From positions 52,328,001 through 52,392,000 of the forward strand of contig OX597821.1 in NCBI GenBank assembly GCA_951406725.2: DNA of 64,000 nucleotides, read 5' to 3'. Positions within the stretch are counted from its first letter, which is position 1, and each line of letters begins with the position of its first letter. Of this stretch, positions 27,837 through 41,902 are shown piece after piece. Made by a program: the position numbers and the translations under genes. Source of the stretch: Octopus vulgaris (Eukaryota). Under the pieces are notes generated by a model that saw only the letters and a program-made list of their open reading frames with translations, had not been told where the DNA came from and ran no database searches.

Positions 27837-28016
27837 TTAGAGACAAAACCACTATTTTGCAAAACAAACAATGTATTGATTAAGTCTTTCCTTGTTTGTT
27901 TTGCAAAATAGTGGTTTTGTCTCTAATTAATATTATATTAATATTTTACTATAAAATTGGATTTAATCCTAAATCTGATTTTTTTCCCTGTAAATTTGGA
28001 TTTATTCCCTAATATT

Positions 28017-28020
<4 letters not shown>
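27826..28020 (+). mobile_element. 5'-truncated PLE-type 3' end with perfect 46-bp fold-back, inside (TA)n
   Basis: Arms 27826-27871 / 27892-27937 with a 20-nt spacer; 27872-28020 is homologous to 30558-30706. Confidence 0.8.
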
Positions 28021-28066
<46 letters not shown>

Positions 28067-28412
28067 TCATATATATACATACATACATACATAGGACTTA
28101 TGTGTCAATGTTTATGTAGGCACCTAAAACAATTAACGAAAGTATAGTATGGTACAAGCTACAAGGTTACACTCATTTGCGAGTATATCATCCATCATAT
28201 ACGTACACGTGTGTCGGATTTTATTCAGTGATTTATTTTGTACCCTAGATACTAGTGAATTGCCTCGAATTATATTTAATTACTTTATAATTACTCGCTA
28301 TACCACTTTGGTAAGTCACATACTCATACAGCAATTACGATTATTTCCGATGTCTCCTGCCATTCATCCATGCATCCCCATCCGTCCTTTCGCCCGTCCG
28401 ACCGTTTGCCTT

Positions 28413-28490
<78 letters not shown>

Positions 28491-28568
28491 CTACATATAT
28501 TTCTATATGTATACATACACATACATATACACGCTTATATGTTTATACTCTTATACACACATACACGC

Positions 28569-28616
<48 letters not shown>

Positions 28617-28707
28617 TTGTGTATATCTATAAGCATGCATAATGGTGATGTTTTGCTTGAAGTTTCATATCCAGAACAAATGATCTGGGTATCTGGTATG
28701 ATATGAT

Positions 28708-28784
<77 letters not shown>

Positions 28785-29091
28785 TCACTCACTCACACAC
28801 CAAATAAGCAATATTCTAAACCACGGCAACTTTAATTATTTTCTGCAGACTGTAAGACGTATTGCTCGTTTATAGAAATTATAATGAGTAGTGTGGAGTA
28901 TTTGACACACAGAGATGCACTCACGAATATATCTATCTTACGTTCCAGTCCTTTTTATGCATTCACAGCGCTTCAATTAGTTGTTGATCGTTAAATATTT
29001 CTATCTACATGTTAATCATTTACTTAAATTTATTAATATACCACTTCAGAATCTTATAAAATCCGAAAATCTCTAAACACGCGCAGATATT

Positions 29092-29705
29092 CCTTTCTAC
29101 TCTAGGCACCAGGCCCGAAATTTTTGGAAAGGGAGTCAGTCGATTAGATCGATCCCAGTAAGCATCAAGTACTAAATTTATCGACCCTGAAGGGCGGAAA
29201 GGCAGAATCGACCTCGGCGAAATTTGAACTCAGAACGTAAAAACAGACGAAAAACCGCTAAGCATTTTGCCCGGCGTGTTAACGTTTCTTATTTTTTTTA
29301 CTGCTCACAAGGGACTACACACAGAGGGGACAAACAAAGACAGACAAACGGATTAAATCGATTATATTGACCCTAGTGCGTAACTGGCACTTATTTAATC
29401 GACCCCGAATGGATGGAAAGCAAAGTCGATCTCGGCGGAATTTGAACTCAGAACGTAACGGCAGACGAAAAACCTATTTCTTTACTATCCACAAGGGGCT
29501 AAACACAGAGAGGACAAACAAGGACATACAAACGGATTAAGTCGATTATATCGACCCCAGTGCGTAACTGCTACTTATTTAATCGACCCCGAAAGGATAA
29601 AAGACAAGGTCAACCTCGGCAGAATTTGAACTCAGAACGTAACGGCAGACAAAATACGGCTACACATTTCGCCCGGCGTGTTAACGTTTCTACCAGCTCG
29701 CCGGC
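29092..29705 (-). mobile_element. SINE family A tandem multimer (three body units) with TSD
   Basis: Three repeats of ctcggc(g/a)gaatttgaactcagaacgtaa; flanked by taaacacgcgca(g/t)atatt at 29074 and 29707. Confidence 0.85.
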
Positions 29706-29957
29706 TTAAACACGCGCATATATTACACGTAAATCTGAAATATCTTACAAAAATCTTATAGTAGATTAGCATAGCTATATCAGCAATTCTGTGAATTCTT
29801 ATCAACAAGAATACCAAATTAATTCTGCGACGGAGGCGTAGTTAAAGAGTGAAAAGTTTAAAAAATATTGAAGGCTTTGATGCCATATTGTGGTATCTGT
29901 GGCAAATGAGATATAAATTTTGCCAATTTTTTAAAATTCAATTATTAAAAAAAATAT

Positions 29958-30365
29958 ATTTGTTTCAGTCGTTTCAATGTGGCTATGCTGGGGCACTGCG
30001 TTGAAGGGTTTTCAGTCGAACAATAGATCCCAGAACTCATTTCTTAAGTTTAGTATTTATTCTACCACTCTCTTTTGCAGTACCTCTAAGCTACAGGGAC
30101 ATAAGATCACCAACAGTAGTTGTCAAGTGGTGATGGGGAGGGGACACATACAGAGACACAGACACACACACACACACACATCGATATATAAACACATATA
30201 TATATGTACGACAGGCTTCTTTCAGTTTCCGTCTACCAAATCTACTCGCAAGTTTTCGGTCGGCCCGAGGCTATAGTAGAAGACACTTGCTCAAGGTGTC
30301 TCACAGTGGGACTGAACCCAGATCCATGTGGTTGGGAAGCAAGCTTCTTACCATCCAGCCATGCC
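29958..30365 (-). mobile_element. SINE family B
   Basis: cttctttcagtttccgtctaccaaat...gaggctatagtagaagacacttgc. Confidence 0.85.
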
Positions 30366-30424
30366 TTTGTCTGTCTCTGTCTCTCTTTATATTATTAAAT
30401 ATTTAAACCAAGTTAAATATTTAA

Positions 30425-30492
30425 ACCACCTGATGAATGACTGTAACTCGAAAATTTAAAGAAATTAACAGCCATGAAACGATCGTAGTGTT
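30425..30492 (+). ncRNA. Type I hammerhead ribozyme motif in a PLE-type 3' end (30400-30710)
   Basis: ACCAC-CTGATGA-ATG-A-CTGT...ACAG-C-CAT-GAAA-CGATCG-TA-GTGTT. Confidence 0.8.
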
Positions 30493-31259
30493 ATATTAAT
30501 TATATTTTTTTTAATAATTTTGTTATGTATTTAAATAATATAAATTAAATAATCTTATGTATTGGCTTAAGTTTTTCATTGTATGATTTGCCTATTAGTG
30601 GTTCTATCTCTAATTTAATATAATATAATATTTTACTATAAAATTGGATTCAATCCTAAATCTGATTTTTCCTTGTAAGTTTGGATTTATTCCCTAATAT
30701 TTATTATATATATATATATGTATGTATGTAATTCCGCAGTTTTTAGGTGAATTACTGAAGAAGAGATGCCATTTATCGGATGAGTCACTTCATGGAATTT
30801 TAAAATGCAGAATTGCTGGCTTGGCTTTTCTTACTGTGTTTTTGTCATGCTTATGTAGTTGAGTTGCGATCTAGAGGCTCCAATCGTGACAAACCCTTTT
30901 GTATTCAGCTGTGAAGCATCTGAACTCACATATTTTTAAGTGCAATTCTATTCCTGTGAGTTACGGAGATATGATTTTAATAAATATTTGACGACCACTC
31001 ATAGCTGGTCCATTCGCCACATAGAGGTTTCATCGTTGATCTGAAAACAGAGTAAATTGTTTAATTCCGGTTAGGGAGTCCTAAAGCTTTCCATGTGCGA
31101 TAATTACATTTCTTTTGATGGGTAGTGGAACCCGGACTACATTATCAAAAATAAACGTGTTCATTTGTAAAACGGTTGGTTTGGGACTAGTTCTGGCAGT
31201 TACGGTAACCAAGCAGCGGTGTCTCCACTGGCTCTCAATTAAATACTCAGTAATTAATC

Positions 31260-31595
31260 TATCACTTGTTTCAGTCACTGAACTGCGGCCAAGTTTGGGC
31301 AGCACATTGAAGGGTTTTAGGCGAACTAGTTGGCCCCATTACTTATTTTACCTCTCAGTTACTGTGACTTAAACAAATCAACACCAGTTGTCAAGTAGTG
31401 GTGGGAACAAAAGCAAGCACAAAGACACACATATGAGGCGGGCGTTTTTCAATTTCTGTCTATCAAATTCACTTACGAAGCTTTGATCGGACCCAGCTTA
31501 TAATATACGGCACTCGCCTAAAGTACCAGGCAGTGAAAGTAAATCCGGAACCATGTAATTGGAAATCAAACTTCTTACCACACAGCCACACCTGC
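31260..31595 (-). mobile_element. SINE family B, diverged
   Basis: cttgtttcagtca...cttcttaccacacagccacacctgc. Confidence 0.75.
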
Positions 31596-32668
31596 ATCTA
31601 TGATATATAATACAATTTCAAAACTTATATCTACTTTCTTATTTTCTAATATTCAGAGAAGAATACCATACTAGGTATGATATTATTCACAAATATAGCG
31701 GAACTGTTTTAACGGTATTCATCATGGAAACTAAACTTTGTAGCCTTAAATCTGAGGTAATTTCGCTGACAACATTGACATAGCAATGAAGAGAAAGACT
31801 TGCAGTGTTTGGCAGAATGCGTTTTACGTTTCCAGTTCATTTTCAGTCGAGGCCATTTGGGTGGCTTTCGGTCAATAAAATAAAACGAAAGTTCACTTCC
31901 TTTATATGTGCGACAGTAAAGCTATATAAGAAGTTAATAATTTGAAACTTTAATAAATACCAAAGTTATAACTTAATAATATCAATTAACTGAAGAAATC
32001 TTTAATGTTTCATTGACCTTATATGAAGATATTAATTATGCATGTTTATATTTATAATTATTATTAACTAATGTGAAGATATTAACTATGCGCATATATT
32101 ATTTATAAGTTTGTTTACTCAAGCTAATTTTAATTGCATTATGAAAAGAAGGTACAATATTTCTATGTAAATATGATATTAATTACATACTCATTCATAC
32201 ATGCTCTCGTATACTTGTGTTTGCACACAAGGGCAGGCTCATGCACATGTACACACGGATACACATACATACACATATGTACGCATGGTTACACATATAT
32301 TTATACACAAATGGGAACACATACATATTAGTTGGTTTATAAATGATGAATACACATACATACACACATATACAGCACAAACACGCACACACTGGATTAC
32401 GTATATCATGCACGCAGATTTGATACATGTACAGAACTACACAAGGAAACATAACTACAGTCCTTTTGATACAACATAGATGCGCAAATAACATACATCA
32501 CTTTAGACATTTAACGAGCATACACGTCCCCACACACGCAGACATATTTACACACTTGCAATGAACGCTAGGTTCATATATACATACATAAGTACTCATA
32601 TATCAAAGTACACCAGGCACACAGCAAACACTACATGTAGAAAGGCATACGTGTCGTATAACATATTT

Positions 32669-34260
32669 TAAGCTCTTTTACTCAGTTAAGCTCTTTTACT
32701 CATTGAAGCTCTTTTAGTCTATCTATGTCCGGCCGCCATTCATTTCACACCATTTCTCCTCATTAGATACGTATGTAATCATATCATTTTATTCCACGGA
32801 ACTTGTACACATAATTTGCTATCTGACCTTTCTACATTACTTCCCTCTTTTTCCTTGAAGAAAGTCTCCTGTACTAAATGAATGATGCTTGTAACGTTTC
32901 TTACTATCATAAAGTTTACATTTCCGTTTATTTCTGAGAAGTTTCCGTGGATTAATTTTACCATACTGATAAAGACACTGACCCTCTCTTTCTCGGATTT
33001 CTACATTCGGATTATATTGTAGATAAGATTATTATTATTTTCACCACACCAAACACCAACCTCCCATTATCTCTAAATTTAACCTCACCTCAGTGTCTTT
33101 TTATTCTATGCTCTTTCCCCTTGAACAATTTCTGACATCATTTCTTCCAAAGGCGTTTTCACTTACCCATATATCTCACCAGATTCCTCTAAGAATCACT
33201 ACTCCAACTATACTGTGTTCTGGACATTGCCTTCACGATAATCTCATCCCTTGTAATTTCCACCTGCACAAAAAGCAATCGTTCTCCTCAATCGAGTATA
33301 CTCTTATCAACTACACCCGCTTACACGCGCGTGTCGCTATCTCCCCTATCCATTTGAAAGCTTGGAGCTTGGCCGCATAAATTCTTCATATACATCGCAT
33401 CTCACCCACTTTCCCTCCTATCATCTTCTTCTACCTGAAAATCATTGTCATTTATTGAGCTTCATCTCTTCGTAAGCTCTATTTACACCTGAAATACTCA
33501 CTACGCTTGCCCTGCCTCAATTAATCTACATCACACATTTCTCTTTTCTGCTATAGGCACAAGACCTCTTCACACATTTCTCTGATGTCATCAGGCATCT
33601 TCCACATTCTGCATCCACCGACTCAGATCTTGTACCTATCGTAGATGTGAGTTACCTCTGGTGGGCTTTGCTTCATACACCTTATCTCACCTAAGGATGC
33701 ATGACGGACAAGGAGCAATTGCTGTATAGCTCCGGATTACGATTTTATTTCCACAATATTCTCTCTGTGTTTAGCGACTCCAGTTAGTTTACCAATCTTT
33801 CCCAAAGCATATCCTCTCGAAATCTCATCTAGAGAAGTTCAGCATATACGTCTTCTTCGATTTATGCCTTCACGCAGGGAACCACTTATACTTTTGGAAT
33901 CATTTACGGGAGTTTAAAGAATACGAGCTGGTTTTTCGCTCTCTGTTATGTCTAGCGTCAGGAATACATCATGCACAAGCTCTCACACGTCTCTTTCCTT
34001 AACCTCACTGTCTGCACACCCTGTACCCGTGCCATTTACTTTATATCTGAAATTGACCAATCTGTATCTTTCACTCGAATCTCTTCTTCAACTATTATAA
34101 ATTTCGTTATTGCATCCCATTCATCACCCACAACTCTTTCAACTTAAATTTTTACTCCCAAACCCTCCCAGCATTTGCTCGCCATGGACATTATATCACT
34201 TTTCATTTAAATTCCTTCATTGTGAGAGTTTATTCATTATCAAATTCATTGATGTACCAC
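32669..34260 (-). mobile_element. Highly decayed LINE (probably RTE-type) 3' region
   Basis: Strong pyrimidine skew on +, short tandem tail (aagctcttttactca) at 32670-32716, no intact ORF. Confidence 0.4.
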
Positions 34261-35651
34261 TTCTGAATTTAGCACATAGCTCCCACATGTATCAAGCATT
34301 GCAGCAGTAGTACTTCATAGGTCGATTTGTATTACTCCATAATATACATTCACACACAGGCACATACCTCCAAATAGCCAGCAAGAACATACTTCCAAAC
34401 AACTCACACGCACACTTACTATGAGCTGTTCAATTCAAGGTAACTTTAAGGCACAGAGCTGGCCAAATTGTTACCGTCCCGGGAAAATGCTCAGCGGCAT
34501 TTCTTCCCAACTTACGCACTGATTTGAAATGCTGTCGGGGTCGACTTTGCCTTTTATTTTTTGGAGGTTGTTATGTCGCACGTTCGGATACCTTATACTC
34601 AACTACTCACTACTCTGACTGCTACTCAACTCTGTTCTCTCCGCTACTCAACTGTCCTCCGATCTACTATTCTGCTGACGTCCAGGCTTCTCTCTCTATA
34701 TCTACGTATTGCGCTAGCCTACTTCATCGACTGAGGGCGTCCACACAACAGAGGTAATTTAAAATACGTTTTTGTTGAACACTGAGGTTAATGTGATCGA
34801 TTTATACCGACCCCCGAAATTGCTAGCCATGTACCAAAATTTGAAATCAATTTATAGCAACTACACAGATATAGTTGAATTTAACAAGACATCGCGCATC
34901 GCTACTTTATGTAATACCAGATATAGACATCACAGAACATGCGAATGTACATACCTAAATGCACAACATACTCAGGTAACAATTATATAATATCCTCTCA
35001 CAGAAAATTCACGCAATATACACACGCACCTTTCGTATATAATCTTACTGCGTAACGTTTTCTCTTCCTCGCAACTCTGGTTCAATTTTCTCTGCTTTTC
35101 ATTGAAGAAGAACCAGCATCTGAGACGTAAAATACTTAATTCATTTCTTTCATTTTAATACCAAACTGGTATAAATTTTGCATTTTCGTTTTTTTTTTTT
35201 TCTTTTTCGTGCTTTGACCCTGCGATATTTTCCCAGTCAGGTATGCGCATACAATTTCTCTCTATTAGGACGTGTAATGAAGTCGGAATAAGTTCTACTT
35301 GGTGACAACAATATTTTTGTAAATCACGGAGATAGACACACGGCAAGTTGGATTAATAGCTCTAAACGTTACCAAGAATAGCAATATTGACGGGCATTAT
35401 ATTTCTACTCTCGAATATCAAATTACTAGAAAATTCTTTAATTATAAATTAAAACTCTTAAATGTCATTAGCATTATTATACAATGCATTAGAGGTTATT
35501 TACGTTTATATTTAATAATATCTACGACTGTGTTCTATTTAAATATATCTTGCCCACCTATATGAATGCCCCTGATATCCAAGGTGCCTGTCTGCCAGCT
35601 TGTCTTCTATGTATATATGTATGTATGTATGTATGTATCCATCTATGTATG

Positions 35652-35682
<31 letters not shown>

Positions 35683-36702
35683 CTATCTATACATATTGAA
35701 AGAAATGCTATATATATGCATTCACCAATAATATTATAAGTCGTAGATATATAAACATATATACATACATACACTCTCATACACATTTATTTATTCAAAC
35801 GTCTTTATTAAATTGAACTATATTTTGGTCCTGTAAAACATATTTTCTACGAATTTATTTCGTTTTTGAATTTTAATTCAGATAATTCATTAAATCTGTC
35901 TGAAATAATTATACACATAATTAATCTTTATACATAATTATTAAAAAAAAAATGTTTGTTTAATTAGAAGAGAACATAATGATTACTTAATTACTATCAC
36001 GTAGTTGTAATTAACATTACATACATTACATAACATAAATAAACTATTCAAAAAAGCTTCATTTAATAATTTCAGTTTAATATTAGATTAATTATTAATC
36101 AAACATGCTATTACAGTCAGATCTGTTGCTTATACTATTGGTATATCATGTTTGAACACCAGCAAGTATCTGCTATCTTAGCCCGTAGATATATCCAATA
36201 ATAAACACCACTGCGTCACTAGTGATTCAGTTTAAAGGAATAGGAAAATACTTCTATTAGTGATAAGCAATTTTACCTCACCAAACGCATCTCTGTTTAT
36301 TTTCTACTACTTATAATATTGGTGAATATATTACGTCACCGACAAAGTTGTGCCGATTAACTACAAGGCATATTATTGGTGAATGCATTACGTTATCAAT
36401 AAAACACAGTTGATGACGTACAAGAAACAATCGGTCAATGAATGACATCACTAACATATATTTAAGTAACAAGTTATATATTTAATGGATGCATTACTTT
36501 ACTATCAGCGGCTACGTCATCACCAAACTGTTTTGATGAATAAATAACGTATTTTAGGGCTATCGTTTCAGAAAATCTCTGTGCAGTAAACATATGTCGG
36601 TAGAATAAACTTTTCCACCAGCTCTCTCTCACTCTCTCATATATATACACATATATTTCTATATGTATACATACACACACCTATATATATATATACACAC
36701 AT

Positions 36703-36780
<78 letters not shown>

Positions 36781-36782
<2 letters not shown>

Positions 36783-37175
36783 GTGGTTAGGGCAGTCGTA
36801 GGATCGCGGTTTCGATTCCCAGACCGGGCTTTGTGAATGTTTATTGAGCGAAAGTACCTAAAGCTCTACGGCAGTGGATGGTGGTGAACCCTGCTGTAAT
36901 CTTTCACCACAACTTTCTCTCAATCTTTCTTCCTGTTTCTGTTGTATCTGTGTGACAAGGGCCAGCCTTGTTACACACTGTGTCACGCTGAATCTCCCCG
37001 AGAACTACGTTAAGGGTACACGTGCCTGTGGAGTGCTCAGCCACTTGCACTCTAATAAATGAGCTGCGACAGAGAGGGGAGGCTTGTATCCATAAACAAC
37101 CTTGCCCGGACTTGTGCTTCGGGTAACTTTCTAGGTGCAATCCCATGGTCAATCATGACCAAAGGGGGTCACAAT
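36781..37175 (+). mobile_element. tRNA-derived SINE (third family)
   Basis: Head gtggttagggcagtcgtaggatcgcggtttcgattcccagacc with a B-box-like motif; GC-richer body between microsatellites. Confidence 0.55.
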
Positions 37176-37215
37176 ATGTATCTGTACGCACATATACATA
37201 TATGCATATGTATAA

Positions 37216-37248
<33 letters not shown>

Positions 37249-37249
37249 T

Positions 37250-39387
37250 ACATTTGTCGTCATCGTGTTTGTTGTTAACACAACGTTTCGGCTAATATAC
37301 CCTCTAGCTTCATGAGGAAATTTCTTTGGGGAAATTTCGAACCTGGGCTCTCATTCTTTAAGTATTTTTCGATGTTGTTGTTATTATTATCATCAAGGTC
37401 ACTTCCTGGAATCGAACTCGGAATCTTGGGGTTAGTAGCCCGCGCTCTTAACCACTACGCCTTATGCCCGTAGGCAATTATGGAATGAATTTTAGGGCTT
37501 ACAAATCTATTATTTTCCTATCCTTCCTTAATACCAGTTCCCATATGCTATTCATATCTGCACTCGGCCTGCGTAAGAGGTTGATGTGTTCTAGTATATG
37601 TGCTGCTTCTTTTACTTTTCGTATTTTTGCAGTGGTGTTCTCCGTCTATTATTTTAACTTCATCCCAAAGGGAGAAGTGGTCTCCATTTCATCTATACAT
37701 GATAAGCTATGCCTGAGTTATCAACATTTCCTTGTGTTACTGCTTTGCGACGTTCGTCTACACTTATCAATGAGTGGGGGTGGCATGTTTCACCTTTGTA
37801 TAACCTACCACAGCTGCATGGAATGGCGCATACGCAGTCTTTGGTCATATTCTCTTCTATTGGTGGAAATATTTGCAAATTGTATTACTCTTGAATACTT
37901 TCCTGATGTCATATGGGCCGCATGTCTTTTGTATCTTTTCGAAGAGGCCTTTCACATAGGGTAGACAGACTTTGGACAGTTTATTGGTTTCATCCTACCT
38001 TTTCTTCATAATTGGAGTGAATAGTATGCTTTCGGGGTAGATGTTGCTTAATATATTGTTATTGAGCTTGATAATCTCTTCGTGGTGTGTATCACGATTG
38101 CTACTTATATTCTTTGCACGATGTTTTAGGCCTGAACAACCCCACTCTTTACACTGTATGGATGGTGGGAATTGAAGATGAGGTATCGGCCAGTGAAGGT
38201 CGGCTTGCGGTATACGGATGTCCTGAATCCATACATGCTGCGTTATTAATACGTCCAGGAATGCTAGATGATTGTCTTTTACCTTTTCCATTGCAAACTG
38301 TATGGATGGCTTTATTGAGTTCACATGATCTAACATCACTTGGAAAATCTTCCTGGTGGGGCCAGAGTATAAAGGTGTCATCAACATATCGTAGCCATAG
38401 TGTTGGTTTCCAATTATGAAGAAGAGAGAGGATAGGATTGGTTTTAGTCGTGTTGATACTAAAGCCAAATTCTCAAATTATTCCATGTATATATTGGCTA
38501 TTATCGGTGATAATGGCGAACCCATAGCTAAACCCTCTTGTTGTCGATATATACCAGTGCCTATACTGAAGTAGGTAGTTTCTACAAAGAAGGTCTACAT
38601 TTCTATCAGGTTTCTTATTGGTATACTAGTGCATTCTTTTTGATGGGTGTCTGTCACTAGTTTTCTTGGATCACCGATAGTGCTTCACCTGTTGGGTAGT
38701 GAACAGATTTATCACATCTAGACTCACCATCTGGTTAGATTCAATGGTACTATCCTTGATCAATTCTGTGAAGTAGGTGGAATTCTTCCCGTACGATGTT
38801 GACTTTCCTGATTATATCCACAAGGAAGCGGCTCAGTGAATGACACGCTGAACTTTTACAGCTCATTATAGGTCTTAATGGAATCCTTGTGAATCTTAGG
38901 GAGAGCGTACATGTGTGGTAGTTTAATGTAGTGTTGAGTCAGTAGTCTGTACTTCATTGGTGTAAAATGATTCTTGTTCTTGATCAAGATCTGTGACAAC
39001 TTCCTCTCTGTTTTCAGAGTTGGGTCTTTATTTTCTTTGCTCTAGCTACCATATCTTATAAGACTTGCCAATTTTTCAGAGTAATCAGACTTGTTCATCA
39101 CGACTGTAACATTTACCTTGTCTGCTAGAAGTGTTATGATAGAATTGTCACTCTGTAGTCTTTTGAGAGCGAAATTTTCTTCCTTAGTGATGTTTGGTTC
39201 GGGAAGTTTCGATTTTTCTAGTACCTGTTTCACTTTCCACCTTAGTTCATCTCCCTGAGCTTTTGGTATCTTTATGGCTATCTCTTCAATAGGGACTATT
39301 ATGTCCAAGTATGGAATGCGCTTGATTGTTGTCGCAAAGTACATAATGTAAATAATGTACATAATTCCTCATCGCTTAAATATAGAA

Positions 39388-39390
<3 letters not shown>
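37250..39390 (-). mobile_element. Penelope-like retroelement (RT + GIY-YIG), frameshifted
   Basis: Minus-strand motifs NITKEENFALKRL...DKVNVTVVM, GLAMGSPL (about 38512-38534), WLRYVDDT (about 38375-38397), LAFLDVLI and CVCAIPCSCGRLYKGET; (TA)n on both sides. Confidence 0.92.
37397..37469 (-). other. tRNA-like / Pol III promoter module inside the PLE 3' end
   Basis: GGGCATAAGGCGTAGTGGTTAAGAGCGCGGGCTACTAACCCCAAGATTCCGAGTTCGATTCCAGGAAGTGACC: A box, B box, CT-ACT-AA loop; imperfect acceptor stem. Confidence 0.7.
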
Positions 39391-39452
<62 letters not shown>

Positions 39453-39521
39453 CCCTTGGCACTAATACGGTTGTACATACATACAAACACTAACACGCGC
39501 ACATACACACACAAACACATA

Positions 39522-40680
39522 TATTGAGTTGGGTCATAAATAATTTGTGATTGAAAGTAAATTGTGTGGACATATTTCGAACTTCAGATGTGTAAAATTG
39601 AAATGGAAATTACAGTTTTTAAAAGACCTTCATCTGTCATTCATATTTAAGCAGTGAAATTGTACATATCATAGTTTAATATTAAATTTCACTGCCCTAA
39701 AATGGACGAACTGATAGTGCGTATTCGACATGTGATGTTATGGGAGTTTATAAAGGCACAGAAACAATTAAGAAATATGCAGCGTTTATGGCCAAGGTGT
39801 CATTACTGACAGGCAAGTATGAAATTAAGAGACTAACTGAGACCAGGATGCACATTAGACTTCGATCAAGATTCATTAGGAGAATTAGTGGAGTTCAGTC
39901 CTCGTAAAAGTACACTGGAACTAGCGATCCCAATCCCCTATCTGCTGCCATTTAGAAATTATGAGAAAAGTCAGCAAGCTGGCTGTTTGCGTTCTCTATA
40001 CTCTTAGTGAGAATAGGGGAAATCGCATGTCCATATCGATATGTCTTCTTTAAAGGCAGAGAAATGATCCGTTTCTCAATACTATCATTACAGGTCATTT
40101 TTACAATGAGGACTGTCAAGGATAAATCGCCACAACTTGCCTCAAGGACTGAGCTCCATGGAAGGAAGGTTATGTTGTGTTTATGGTGGGATCACCGCGG
40201 TGCCATTCATTTTGAAATTTTAAAGAGCAAACACTAAATGCTCACTTATATCCATAACGTGTGAATAAAAATCTTATAAGAAAGTACCTTGCACTCGTCA
40301 TTAGGAGAAACATGGTGCTTCTCTATGATAACGCAGGACCACACTCAGCAAGAACCATGCAGGATAAAATGTTGGATTGGAGCTGGTCTGTTTTACTCCA
40401 TCCACAATGTTCACGAGATCCTGCACCAACTGATTTCCATCTCTTTCCTTCTCTACGAAATGTTCTGGTGGGAAAAAAATTCTGAAGAAGATTAGGCGAA
40501 AACGCACGTGCTATACTTTTTCATGTCGAAGCCGGGTGGAATTTTATTCGAGAGAAATCAAAAGGTTACCAGAGAAATAGTAAAAGGTCATTTAAAGTAA
40601 TGACTATATTCTTTGTAAAATATTTTCATGAGTGAAGAAAATTTAACAAAATCCGAAATTATTTATGACTCAATCACATA
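39522..40680 (+). mobile_element. mariner DNA transposon, decayed, with TIRs
   Basis: TIR ttgagttgggtcataaataattt / aaattatttatgactcaatcac; KVMLCLWWDHRG, LLYDNAGPH, HPQCSRDPAPTDFHLF. Confidence 0.9.
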
Positions 40681-41278
40681 TATACGGTTGTCAGATATTT
40701 TTTTTCTTTCTTTCCCATGATAGCTGAATTATCAAGAAAAAAATTAACAAGGTAAAAAAAGAAAAAAGAAAAAGTATAATGTAGTGTTCTATGTTTGTTT
40801 CTTAGCTATATAATTTTTCTACTGTTTCTGAAATCTGAATAATTTTGACCTCATTTCAGATATACGACGATGGAGCGTTAAGCACACTCAAAAGAAACTT
40901 TGTTACATGTTTCAGCTTCTTGCCAAATCTGCCCAAGACATTTGCGTATGTGTAAGAAGAAGGCACTTTCATTGAAACAACTGCACAGACAAGGATTCTA
41001 CGATTCAAGAATGGGTAATTCAAGCTCACAGATTCGTTGCATTTTAGTCGACTTGAAGGTTTGAACGAGTTCATCAACGGTGATCTGTGCCAATCCGCTA
41101 GGCAAGGAGTCCAACAGATGGGATGCTGTCATGACCTTGTCGTTTGTTACCTTCTCTCGATGGGTAAGTTTCAAACAATCCGTCGGTTACATGACGTGCT
41201 TCTTCAACACAACAACGCTTGTCTCCAATTCGTTAATCTGGCCAAACATGATATTCAACATCTCTGTTGCGAAGTTCT

Positions 41279-41505
41279 TAATTCTGTATTGCCCACAAGG
41301 GGCTAAACATAGAGGGGCCAAACAAGGATAGACAAACGGATTAAGTCGATTACATCGACCTCAGTGCGCAACTGGTACTTAATTTATCGACCCCGAAAGG
41401 ATGAAAGGCAAAGTCGACCTCGGCGGACTTTGAACTCAGAACGTAGCGGCAGACGAAATACTGCAAAGCATTTCGCCCGGTGTGCCAATGTTTCTGCCAG
41501 CTCGC
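41279..41505 (-). mobile_element. SINE family A with TSD gcgaagttct
   Basis: TSD at 41269-41278 and 41504-41513. Confidence 0.88.
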
Positions 41506-41755
41506 GAAGTTCTACTGCACTCACCATATTTTACTAAAATACCTCCTTCAGATTGTCACCTTTTACAGTGTCTGCAAGGTATTTCATTCAAAAGCGAATT
41601 CTTGCTCCCATCGATACATTGACAAAATATGCTAATGGAACCTCGTCAAGAAGTCGTAGAAAATGAAGGAGAATATATTGTGAAAAATAATGATTAAAAA
41701 GAAAAAAACGAACGAATATATTTGACAGTATAACGATGAATGAATGAATAAATGA

Positions 41756-41880
<125 letters not shown>

Positions 41881-41902
41881 CCTATCTATCTCTCACGATA
41901 AG

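Noticed and set aside
29092-29705. Regularly spaced repeats resembling a CRISPR array
   Set aside because: Units are SINE bodies in eukaryotic DNA, with no unique spacers and no cas genes
37397-37469. Possible genuine tRNA-Ser(ACT) gene
   Set aside because: Imperfect acceptor and T stems, no long variable arm, and embedded in a retroelement; kept only as a tRNA-like module
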